Virus record (IMG/VR): IMGVR_UViG_3300040801_000976
Location: 64,787 to 128,786 of that record
DNA: 64,000 nt
Reading direction: 5' to 3' (one strand)
Source: a virus
Below are positions 41,366-49,581 of this stretch, in pieces. The notes beneath the pieces are model-generated. The model worked only from the letters and a program-made list of their open reading frames with translations. It did not search any database and had not been told where the DNA came from. Position numbers and translations under genes: made by a program. Numbering within the stretch: position 1 is the first letter of the stretch; the number at the start of each line of letters is the position of its first letter.

Positions 41366-41713
41366 TTATTTAATTTTAGGTTGGTTCAAAAATTCATTAA
41401 ATAATTCTTTTGTTGTGTATTTTGTATTATATTTTTTCATACCATCCCAGTAGAACCATTTATCATCTTCTTTTATATAATCACATTTATCAATCCAATC
41501 AGCAAATTCTATAGCTTTATCTTGGTTTAATTTTAAACCTTGATTTTCTACAATTATATCTTTAAAAGCATTTTCTAATTTTTGAAGTGTAATTTCTATA
41601 ATTTGCTTAATTATACCTATATTAGCTTTAAATTCAATATTATTACTTGTATGAAACTGTTTGGCATACTTTTTAGCAGCTTCCTCTATTTCATTTTGTG
41701 GTATTAGTTTCAT
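41366..41713 (-). CDS. hypothetical protein
   Basis: 115-aa ORF in a translationally coupled small-gene array. Confidence 0.6.
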   Translation of the reverse strand: MKLIPQNEIEEAAKKYAKQFHTSNNIEFKANIGIIKQIIEITLQKLENAFKDIIVENQGLKLNQDKAIEFADWIDKCDYIKEDDKWFYWDGMKKYNTKYTTKELFNEFLNQPKIK

Positions 41714-42018
41714 AATTTTATATCATTCACTATTTCTTTAGCTTCTCTATATTTTCTTTTTAAATAAGAATAAAATTCTTCATATTTATCAGAAAGTTCA
41801 TAATATATTCTGTCGTCTTGTTCAGAATTAAATAATTGAATCTCAGTATTAGCCTTATTAATATTTATACTTACAGCAAAATACCAAGAACATATTGTTA
41901 TGTTTAATAATGTATCATGACTCCTCCAACCTTCTTTGTTGTACATTTCATTATTAATCTTCTGTACAGCTTTTAAACATTGCAATTGTTTTTCAGATAA
42001 AAAATCTTTAACCTTCAT
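41710..42018 (-). CDS. hypothetical protein
   Basis: 102-aa ORF with ATGA overlaps on both sides. Confidence 0.6.
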   Translation of the reverse strand: MKVKDFLSEKQLQCLKAVQKINNEMYNKEGWRSHDTLLNITICSWYFAVSININKANTEIQLFNSEQDDRIYYELSDKYEEFYSYLKRKYREAKEIVNDIKL

Positions 42019-42404
42019 ATCGTTTTAATTATTAATAATTCTTCTTCATTACTTGTATTAATACCTTCTGATTGTAGAAGAGAAATGAAAGATTGTTTGG
42101 CTGTCGGCAAGTCATCTTCCCAATAAGTTTTTGTATAATCTTCCCAATGATTATCATTTATATCAAGTAATTCATCATTAGCTTTTTCAACAAATTCTTT
42201 ACAATCATCCTCAGTAATTTCTGAAAGTTTTCCTAAGATAAGACTGTTGTATGGATTATTATCTTTAAAAATACCATAATCCTTAATAGGATGCATTACA
42301 AAATCAACATATCTCTTATACCATTCTAACTTTTCATAGTCTTTAATATCTTCAGGAACTTCTATTACTAAAATATTTCCAGATTTAGTCTTTATTTGTT
42401 TCAT
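42015..42404 (-). CDS. hypothetical protein
   Basis: 129-aa ORF, coupled to neighbours. Confidence 0.6.
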   Translation of the reverse strand: MKQIKTKSGNILVIEVPEDIKDYEKLEWYKRYVDFVMHPIKDYGIFKDNNPYNSLILGKLSEITEDDCKEFVEKANDELLDINDNHWEDYTKTYWEDDLPTAKQSFISLLQSEGINTSNEEELLIIKTI

Positions 42405-42598
42405 TATTTAATTTCACTAAATTCAAATTCTTCATCTTCATATCCATTATTATCTAACCAATTTTGTATTTCTTCTGGTGGATTATAAGGACTATCTGCA
42501 AATACATCTAATTCACATAATATACTATTATCATCATAAACAGTTATCACATCAATTCCTGTAATACCGTTTGCATATTTATAATTAAGTGTTTTCAT
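42404..42598 (-). CDS. hypothetical acidic protein
   Basis: 64-aa ORF, TAATG overlap. Confidence 0.55.
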   Translation of the reverse strand: MKTLNYKYANGITGIDVITVYDDNSILCELDVFADSPYNPPEEIQNWLDNNGYEDEEFEFSEIK

Positions 42599-42833
42599 TT
42601 AATTCTTTTTTAAGTTTATCTGCAATTAATAAGATTGATTGTTTATCAATTATAGGGAATCTTCCATTATCTGTTATATCTGCTCTATCAGCACAAACTC
42701 TACAAGTTTCTTCAATAGCATCTATCTGAGCTTGTTTGATTAATTGTAAAAAATCATAATCGATAGAATTTTCATCTTCTAATTGGAGTGGTTCCTTAAA
42801 TAATTCTTTTAAATATTTTTCCGCAGGTTTCAT
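42585..42833 (-). CDS. hypothetical protein
   Basis: 82-aa ORF. Confidence 0.55.
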   Translation of the reverse strand: MKPAEKYLKELFKEPLQLEDENSIDYDFLQLIKQAQIDAIEETCRVCADRADITDNGRFPIIDKQSILLIADKLKKELNENT

Positions 42834-42908
42834 TTTAAAATATTATTAATTTTATTTATTAAAAATTTATCGTGTTTGTATAAAATACTAATACTCTTTC
42901 TAAATTTC

Positions 42909-43313
42909 TTAAGTAAGTATATACGCCACTTTACATGAGCTATCTCTTTTCTTGTTAACATACTTAGGATGTTTTCTAACCATAATATCAATATCAATCC
43001 AGTTATCAGGGATACCACCAAGGTTTTTATCGTCAATATAAACATCTCCCGATATTTTTCTACAATCCATTTTAAAATGTTGTATTTGAACAGGTAAATT
43101 ACAATTAAAATAATGAAATGGTATATTATTTTCTACCAAAAAATCTACCGCCATACCTTCGTATCTACCAGTTCTACAACTATTGATTATTATTTCATTA
43201 CCATCATCATACCAAGATTGTATTACTTCTCTACATAATAATTTCGAAAAAGTTATGTTGGGATAGTTATCCCCCGACACGATTGTGCCATCAAAGTCTA
43301 TTACTATTATCAT
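42909..43313 (-). CDS. HAD-superfamily hydrolase (BT0820-like)
   Basis: IVIDFDGTIV, SCR, KISGDVYIDDKNLGG. Confidence 0.85.
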   Translation of the reverse strand: MIIVIDFDGTIVSGDNYPNITFSKLLCREVIQSWYDDGNEIIINSCRTGRYEGMAVDFLVENNIPFHYFNCNLPVQIQHFKMDCRKISGDVYIDDKNLGGIPDNWIDIDIMVRKHPKYVNKKRDSSCKVAYILT

Positions 43314-43926
43314 TTTCTTGCGTTTATTTGGTCAGGATACAAATCTAAAACTGAATCACTTTGCCAGTATTGTTTAGAATTAATATCCATTATTATTAGT
43401 TTTCCATTCCAACCAGCTCCTGTATCTAAATCTATTAGGTTACAAGGCATAATCGGATTTAACGAAGGTTTATAGTTCCAGCCAAAATGTATTTATGTAG
43501 AACTATGACCCACATAAATTTCTTTATAATTTCTAAAATAAAGTTTTTTGTCCGTGGGGTGTAATAAATTATAATTTTCCCACTGTATAGCGGTAGAAAC
43601 CATATGTCTATCCCACATCATATCTTCTGCGTATTGTTCTTCTATAGGAGTTTTCCAATCAATACCACCATGAACAAACAATCTATTTGAATTATCAATG
43701 TGATATACTGTAGTTTTAAAAGTACTCTTTATAATGTCGTTTTACTAATTCATTGTCATTATTATAAGATTTTAAAGCAGCTAAACCATCCGTCAACAAC
43801 ATCTCCTAAAACAATTAAGGTATCTTTTTCTTTATCTATATCTGAACGTTCTATGCATTGTAATAATGCTTTATTAGAACCATGAATGTCACCTATTGCG
43901 TAGGTTTTCCCTTTGTACTGATCCAT
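43310..43926 (-). pseudogene. disrupted Ser/Thr protein phosphatase-like metallophosphoesterase (PrpA/ApaH type)
   Basis: Fragments AIGDIHG...LGDVVDGW, then LFVHGG...MMWDR...VGHS, an in-frame TAA at 43493-43495, then LDTGAGWNGKL; GNHD/E segment absent; two frame changes. Confidence 0.8.
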
Positions 43927-44132
43927 ACTTTATATTTTTCTTCTAATGTTTGAATAAATAATTTATCAGAAGGCTTGGTATTTTTTATAGAAATAGTATA
44001 TCCAATTTTACTATCCCCCAATAATTCTCCATTCTTTTTCCATTTTAATATCTTCTTAGCAGCTTTTTTCTCCGTCATATATAGAGCCATTTTTATAAAA
44101 CTAAGTAGATCTTTTATCGTATTAAATTTCAT
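43893..44132 (-). CDS. hypothetical protein
   Basis: 79-aa basic ORF starting right after the upstream stop. Confidence 0.5.
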   Translation of the reverse strand: MKFNTIKDLLSFIKMALYMTEKKAAKKILKWKKNGELLGDSKIGYTISIKNTKPSDKLFIQTLEEKYKVWISTKGKPTQ

Positions 44133-44443
44133 TTATTTAAAATTAATTACAAATTCTTTAATTATATCTCCATGACATAGTTTAGGCTTACAAAAACAAA
44201 CCAGATTTACGTCGCTATTTGTGGACATAAGTTTAATCTTATACAACTCTTCTATCACAGACCTGTCTTTAATTTATATAACCAACTCTTATATCTTTCT
44301 ATAGCTTCTTCCCTTGAATTCACGACCACACTTGCTTTAGAACTTTTTAAATGTGAGAAAGGGTTCCCAAGAACGGAACCCCTTCCAATATAAATATCAT
44401 TTTCTGAAGCTTGATGTTTATATTTATTTACAACATTAATCAT
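44133..44443 (-). pseudogene. DUF4326-like protein split by a frameshift
   Basis: DIYIGRGSVLGNPF...REEAIERY in one frame; NLVCFCKPKLCHGDII in another frame after about 44272. Confidence 0.75.
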
Positions 44444-44660
44444 ATTCAATAATTTCTTTAAATAAATCACCTTCCCCACTAGAACTTCTTACTTTATCAT
44501 TTATATAAATTCTAAATTTATTTACACCGTCTTCAAACACACAACGTGTGGTAATTTTGGTGCTATAACTTTTAACAGAAGATTCTAAACCGCGAGTTCT
44601 ATGACCACAGCGTGTAATTCTTTGACCACTACCCTGTAGAGAACCAATAAACTGTGCCAT
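44436..44660 (-). CDS. hypothetical protein
   Basis: 74-aa ORF coupled to the dut stop. Confidence 0.55.
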   Translation of the reverse strand: MAQFIGSLQGSGQRITRCGHRTRGLESSVKSYSTKITTRCVFEDGVNKFRIYINDKVRSSSGEGDLFKEIIEYD

Positions 44661-45196
44661 TATTCTATACCAGTATGACCAAAACCACCTTCACCTCGTG
44701 ATGTGTTCGATAGTTTTTCAACTTTTCTAAGATTAACATCTTTAGCTACAGGAACTACTACTGCTTGTGCGATTCTATCCCCAGGATTAATTCGAACAGG
44801 TGTGTTATATAAAGTAGTTAATATTACTTTAATCTCTCCCCTGTAATCGGCATCAATAGTACCCGGACTATTTAATACGGTAATTCCATGTTTAGCAGCT
44901 AAACCACTTCGCGGTCTGATTTGAATCTCATAACCCTCTGGTATAGCAACATAAATACCTGTAGATATAACTTTGCCACCACCCATTGTAAGTGTAATAG
45001 CAGCTTCTTCATTACAATATAAATCAAATCCAGAAGATAATTTAGTTTTCTTTTCTGGATCTGGGTATCTAGAACTATTGATAAAGTCTATATCGAGCTC
45101 GAAAGGAACCTCGGTAATTGTATCCTTCTCTTTTTCTTGTACAATAACTTCATTCGGCACTGAATCTTCTTTAGTCTGTCTTTTTCTTCTCACCAT
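44660..45196 (-). CDS. dut: trimeric dUTPase
   Basis: SGFDL, RPRSGLAAKHG, GTIDADYRGEI, RIAQ, RGEGGFGHTG. Confidence 0.97.
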   Translation of the reverse strand: MVRRKRQTKEDSVPNEVIVQEKEKDTITEVPFELDIDFINSSRYPDPEKKTKLSSGFDLYCNEEAAITLTMGGGKVISTGIYVAIPEGYEIQIRPRSGLAAKHGITVLNSPGTIDADYRGEIKVILTTLYNTPVRINPGDRIAQAVVVPVAKDVNLRKVEKLSNTSRGEGGFGHTGIE

Positions 45197-45575
45197 AATT
45201 AAATATTTTTAATAAATCTTGTTCTGTTATGTCTTTTCCTTTTAATATTTTTTTAACCAATTCCCGTATTTTAGTTATAGATTTCGGACTCTCTTCCAAT
45301 AATGTTTTATAAGGATCTTTATCTCTTAACTGTTTGATTAGTTGAAATTCTAAAAATAAATCGTTTAGTCCTAGGACATTAAAACCAATATCCCCATCAG
45401 AATTAGCAGTAAACATTAATTGTTTTATCCTATCTGTATCATTGCCTTTATAACCCATATGCTCGGCAAAAGACTTAAATATAGTTTGATACTCTTCAAA
45501 AGCTAGAAACTCCTCTAAGATAGGTCTTAATTCTTTTTTAATAGGTTTTATAGATTTAAAATTGTCTTCACTCAT
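45171..45575 (-). CDS. hypothetical protein
   Basis: 134-aa ORF. Confidence 0.6.
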   Translation of the reverse strand: MSEDNFKSIKPIKKELRPILEEFLAFEEYQTIFKSFAEHMGYKGNDTDRIKQLMFTANSDGDIGFNVLGLNDLFLEFQLIKQLRDKDPYKTLLEESPKSITKIRELVKKILKGKDITEQDLLKIFNYGEKKKTD

Positions 45576-46762
45576 AAAATATTTTCTTTTGTTAAAGTAT
45601 GTTTATATACGATAGTAGCTAAAGTATCAGGATTCATTATAAGAAAGTATCTAATTCCTATAGAACCTACCATAGTACCTACAAATAAACCATTATTTTC
45701 ACTACAATTAAATGTGATACTTTTTTTATATAACGATGCTTTAAATAATATTGAAGTATAGTTAGTATTTGACCAGCCTGCGATGTTGTATTGTGCCGAA
45801 CCATTTAAAGGACTTACAAACTCAGGAAGATTTTTACCATTATCACTTACATTTCTACCTTTATACTGTAAAAACCCTTTATATAGAAGTGTAGCACCGT
45901 CTATATTTTTTATTGTTCTGTCTAATGCATTTAAATCCTCAGAAGTATTAAGGACGATTGAATCTACTGGTATAGGGGGATATTTTTCAGGCTCAAGTAT
46001 TTTACCTAAGTTTTCTTTTATCTTCTTGGTCGATTCTAACAATCTTTCACTTTTTTTATGTTCTTTTGTTAAACGACCTGATAAAATTTGTCTGATACGT
46101 ATAAACATATAATTGGTTATATCTTCCCATAACCTTCTTTCTATAACACCTTCCTCAAAAAGGTCGTTGTAGTATTGAATCATTCGATTATAGATCTTAA
46201 CAGAATCGCCCTTATATTTAGAAGCGCACTGTTTTACAAAATCTTTGTGTGTTTGAATTTTATCTGATTCCTTATTAATCTCGATTACAACATTCTTAAA
46301 TTTAGGCCCCCAATGTTTGTAATAATCCATAGATTTGAATAAATGTGGTAACTTATCTAACCAACCAGAACGTTCTTTAGCAGTAGCTTCTGTTTTACCA
46401 GAATATAATAACTCATTTATTTTTTGATCACACCATATTTCAAAATCTATACTTAACCAACGAGCAAACATAACAGCTAATTTCGGGTGAAGCCATGTCC
46501 CTTTCTTTGTCGCATCATTACCACCTTTTCTAACTATCACTAAATCAGCCAAGTCAAGATTTTCTTGACTTGGTATTATCCCCGCATTTATTAATTTTTT
46601 AGCGTATGGTTTAACATGATCATTGATAAAATTTGATAGAATTTGACGACTCTTTCCCCATAATTTAGAAGCTTCTGTAGCATTGATATAAACACTATCG
46701 TCGAACGAAATTTTGATTTTTTGATCGTTTTCTGTATATGTAAATGTTTTAATATTTTTCAT
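45572..46762 (-). CDS. KilA-N domain DNA-binding protein
   Basis: YINATE...GTWLHPKLAVMFARWLSIDFEIWCD. Confidence 0.88.
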   Translation of the reverse strand: MKNIKTFTYTENDQKIKISFDDSVYINATEASKLWGKSRQILSNFINDHVKPYAKKLINAGIIPSQENLDLADLVIVRKGGNDATKKGTWLHPKLAVMFARWLSIDFEIWCDQKINELLYSGKTEATAKERSGWLDKLPHLFKSMDYYKHWGPKFKNVVIEINKESDKIQTHKDFVKQCASKYKGDSVKIYNRMIQYYNDLFEEGVIERRLWEDITNYMFIRIRQILSGRLTKEHKKSERLLESTKKIKENLGKILEPEKYPPIPVDSIVLNTSEDLNALDRTIKNIDGATLLYKGFLQYKGRNVSDNGKNLPEFVSPLNGSAQYNIAGWSNTNYTSILFKASLYKKSITFNCSENNGLFVGTMVGSIGIRYFLIMNPDTLATIVYKHTLTKENIL

Positions 46763-46781
46763 TTAATTTGTTATTTTTAAT

Positions 46782-47453
46782 TTAAAAAGGAAGGCTCCAT
46801 GTTATGGGATCACCTTTAATTACTTTATCACACTTTAAAAATATATCTGACTCCACAAAAGGATTAACTCTATTTAATGGAGACGGATGTCCTGCTTTTA
46901 AAATATGATGTGATTCATTAGTTATTAATTTCTCATAGTTCTGAGCTTTACTTCCCCACAACAGCCATACAATATCATCTTTACGATTTAAATTACTAAT
47001 AATAAAATTAGTAAAATCCATCCATAAATCAAGGTGGCTACCTGGAATACCTCTAATAACTGTATGTGCTGTATTAATTAATAATACACCTTGTCGGGCC
47101 CAAGAATATAAACTAGTATCAATATCAGAAGATCCGTAAGATCTTTCTACTTCTTTTAATATATTTCTTAGCGAAGGCGATACATGTTTAATCTTCTCAT
47201 TTTCTTTACCGTTACCAAAAGCAACGCCATTAAAAGAACCGTCGTGATAAGGATCCATACCCAAAACTACCACACGTACTTCATCACATTTAGTTAGACG
47301 AAATGCTTTAAACATATATTCACTACCAGCTAATGGAAGTATATTTTCTATCTGACGTTGTTCTTTTAGTTCTTTATTAACTTCAAGTAATAACTTTAAT
47401 AACTTATCTTCTCCTAAAAAATCTAACCAAGATTTATCAAATAAATGTTCCAT
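46782..47453 (-). CDS. ung: uracil-DNA glycosylase (family 1)
   Basis: VVVLGMDPYH, SPSLRNI, WARQGVLLIN, LLWG, HPSPL. Confidence 0.93.
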   Translation of the reverse strand: MEHLFDKSWLDFLGEDKLLKLLLEVNKELKEQRQIENILPLAGSEYMFKAFRLTKCDEVRVVVLGMDPYHDGSFNGVAFGNGKENEKIKHVSPSLRNILKEVERSYGSSDIDTSLYSWARQGVLLINTAHTVIRGIPGSHLDLWMDFTNFIISNLNRKDDIVWLLWGSKAQNYEKLITNESHHILKAGHPSPLNRVNPFVESDIFLKCDKVIKGDPITWSLPF

Positions 47454-47659
47454 TACCCAATTTTGACTTTAACATTATAAGAATCATTTGCTTTATTAGG
47501 CAGTACAATTATATTTAACTTCATCTCATCTTGATCTAGAGATTCTTCTATTGCTTCTAATATATCTTGGATATCAATTTGTAGAAAAGCTCCTGTTTTT
47601 TCGTTATCCTTGTCTAGTTTTTTAATTTCTCCTGTGCCTACATATTTATAAATTGCCAT
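47453..47659 (-). CDS. hypothetical protein
   Basis: 68-aa ORF coupled to ung. Confidence 0.55.
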   Translation of the reverse strand: MAIYKYVGTGEIKKLDKDNEKTGAFLQIDIQDILEAIEESLDQDEMKLNIIVLPNKANDSYNVKVKIG

Positions 47660-48132
47660 GAGTTTTGTTCTCTTATTAAATTATAATTTTGTAAATAATA
47701 GATACAATTATTTTTATCTTCGTCTGATAAATTTATATTTGGCTTACGTAAACCGATATAATCTACAATAGAACCGTGTTTAGGTCCAAATCCATATTGA
47801 TGGTCGGATCTTTGATAAAAAGATTCATATCTTTTATTACCATAAAATTCTTTACATAAATGTTTACAATCATAGGCAATATCCTCTATAGCTAACTCTG
47901 CTATAGATTTAGGGGGTTCAGAAATAGTATAAATATCTCCATAAACTTTTATTAAAGTTTCAGCTTTTTGTATTCTATCAGTATCTAAACCAACTTTATT
48001 TAAAGATTCTAATCTTCGAAGTTCGTTTATTTTAGATATTAACTTATTAGATTCTGAAGTATATTTATCATGTAATTCTGTTAAATCTTCTTCTAGACTA
48101 ACTCTATCTTTTACAATTTCAAATAGTTTCAT
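47638..48132 (-). CDS. hypothetical protein
   Basis: 164-aa ORF. Confidence 0.6.
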   Translation of the reverse strand: MKLFEIVKDRVSLEEDLTELHDKYTSESNKLISKINELRRLESLNKVGLDTDRIQKAETLIKVYGDIYTISEPPKSIAELAIEDIAYDCKHLCKEFYGNKRYESFYQRSDHQYGFGPKHGSIVDYIGLRKPNINLSDEDKNNCIYYLQNYNLIREQNSWQFINM

Positions 48133-48152
48133 AATTTTATTAAATAAATTTT

Positions 48153-48182
48153 AAAAAAGGCCCTGAAATAACTCCAGGGCCT
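48153..48182 (-). terminator. rho-independent terminator after phoH
   Basis: AGGCCCTG...CAGGGCCT stem followed by a T run on the minus strand. Confidence 0.75.
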
Positions 48183-48191
48183 AACCAGTCT

Positions 48192-48887
48192 TTACAGACT
48201 TATGGAATCAAATTCATCAAGAAGTTCTTTTACAATAGGATCTCTGTGATTTTCTTTTAGAAATATAGAACTTATAGAATTTACATTATTTCTTTCTATA
48301 ACTTTGTTTAAAAGTAAAATACCAGAGTCCTCTATTCTTTTTAAATCACACTGGTTTAAATCTCCACAAATAATCATTTTTGTACCCTTACCTATTCTAG
48401 TGACTGCCATTTTTAATTGTTCTATTGTTATATTTTGTGCTTCATCAAGTATAACGTAAGAATTACAAAAAGTTCTACCACGCATAAAACCAATAGGTGC
48501 TATTTCGATATCTCCATCATCTATATACTGAGATATTTTAGAAACACCTTTATTTTGATGTCTATCAGGATATATCTTTAATAGATTATCATAAATAGGC
48601 AACAGTATCGGATCCATTTTTTCTTTTATATCTCCAGGCAAAAATCCCCACTCTTCAGTGGTTACATAAGGACGTGTTATAAATATAGTATCTATCTCAC
48701 AACCGTGTAAAGAATTTAACGCTGCGTATAAAGCCAAAAGAGTTTTACCACTACCAGCTTTACCATCAATATAAGTTAAAGTAGAGTTACGAATTTTGTC
48801 ATAACCTACCTCTTGTTCCTTATTTAAAATGATATCCAAAGAAGGTAATCTTTTAGGCGGTATTTTTTGTGTTCTTTTAGTTCCCAT
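48192..48887 (-). CDS. phoH: PhoH-family ATPase
   Basis: GKAGSGKT, GFLPGD, FMRGRTF, LDEAQN, GDLNQCD. Confidence 0.95.
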   Translation of the reverse strand: MGTKRTQKIPPKRLPSLDIILNKEQEVGYDKIRNSTLTYIDGKAGSGKTLLALYAALNSLHGCEIDTIFITRPYVTTEEWGFLPGDIKEKMDPILLPIYDNLLKIYPDRHQNKGVSKISQYIDDGDIEIAPIGFMRGRTFCNSYVILDEAQNITIEQLKMAVTRIGKGTKMIICGDLNQCDLKRIEDSGILLLNKVIERNNVNSISSIFLKENHRDPIVKELLDEFDSISL

Positions 48888-48947
48888 GTAAGTAATATAT
48901 AATTATAAAATAGTTAAACTTCTTTTAAATAGAAACCACACCAAACT

Positions 48948-49565
48948 TTATATATCAAGAAAAATCTCTGGTAATTTTTCCTTCAATTCTTTTAATAAAG
49001 GAACCATTACTTCTCTAATTTGCGGGTGTGCAGCATTAGCTGTTCTTTGTGTTAATATTAAACGCCACTCTCGTAAGTTAGCTGAAACCACTATCTCTGT
49101 CTTTAACGAATTCGGTAATACACTTCTTGCAATTTGGGGTGTTTCTCCAAATTCTATAAGTTTAAAGTATGCATCTTCGGCATTTTTCATCGCATTCAAC
49201 CATACTTTTAAACTATTCTCGTTCTTCAAATACTGTGATAATCCAATAACAGTAATTTGATTATCATACTTATCGTTAGAATAATTACAGTACCTTGTAC
49301 TTTCTTGACTAAACGATGCGAGACGATGTCTTACCATTTCATGGGAAATTCCACGATCAAATATAAATCGTACAGTAATTGTTTCGTGTTCAATAACACT
49401 CAAATGGCCGTTATTCACAATCATACGCACAAATTTTCTAGCAGAATCATCCGTAATCTTATCTTCGCTTTTATAGCAAGTACGTCCGATGGATTCGATA
49501 TTTTTAATTATTTTTTCAGAATCAATATCTGATAAAATTTCGTAAGAAGAATTAACTATTTTCAT
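48948..49565 (-). CDS. thyX: flavin-dependent thymidylate synthase
   Basis: GHLSVIEH, RHRLASFSQESTRY, ARSVLP, NLREWR. Confidence 0.96.
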   Translation of the reverse strand: MKIVNSSYEILSDIDSEKIIKNIESIGRTCYKSEDKITDDSARKFVRMIVNNGHLSVIEHETITVRFIFDRGISHEMVRHRLASFSQESTRYCNYSNDKYDNQITVIGLSQYLKNENSLKVWLNAMKNAEDAYFKLIEFGETPQIARSVLPNSLKTEIVVSANLREWRLILTQRTANAAHPQIREVMVPLLKELKEKLPEIFLDI

Positions 49566-49581
49566 TTATATGTTTTTTATA

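Noticed and set aside
42830-43045. 71-aa ORF overlapping the HAD hydrolase gene
   Set aside because: Mostly overlaps a well-supported gene; only a short basic peptide from an internal ATG is plausible, too weak to call.
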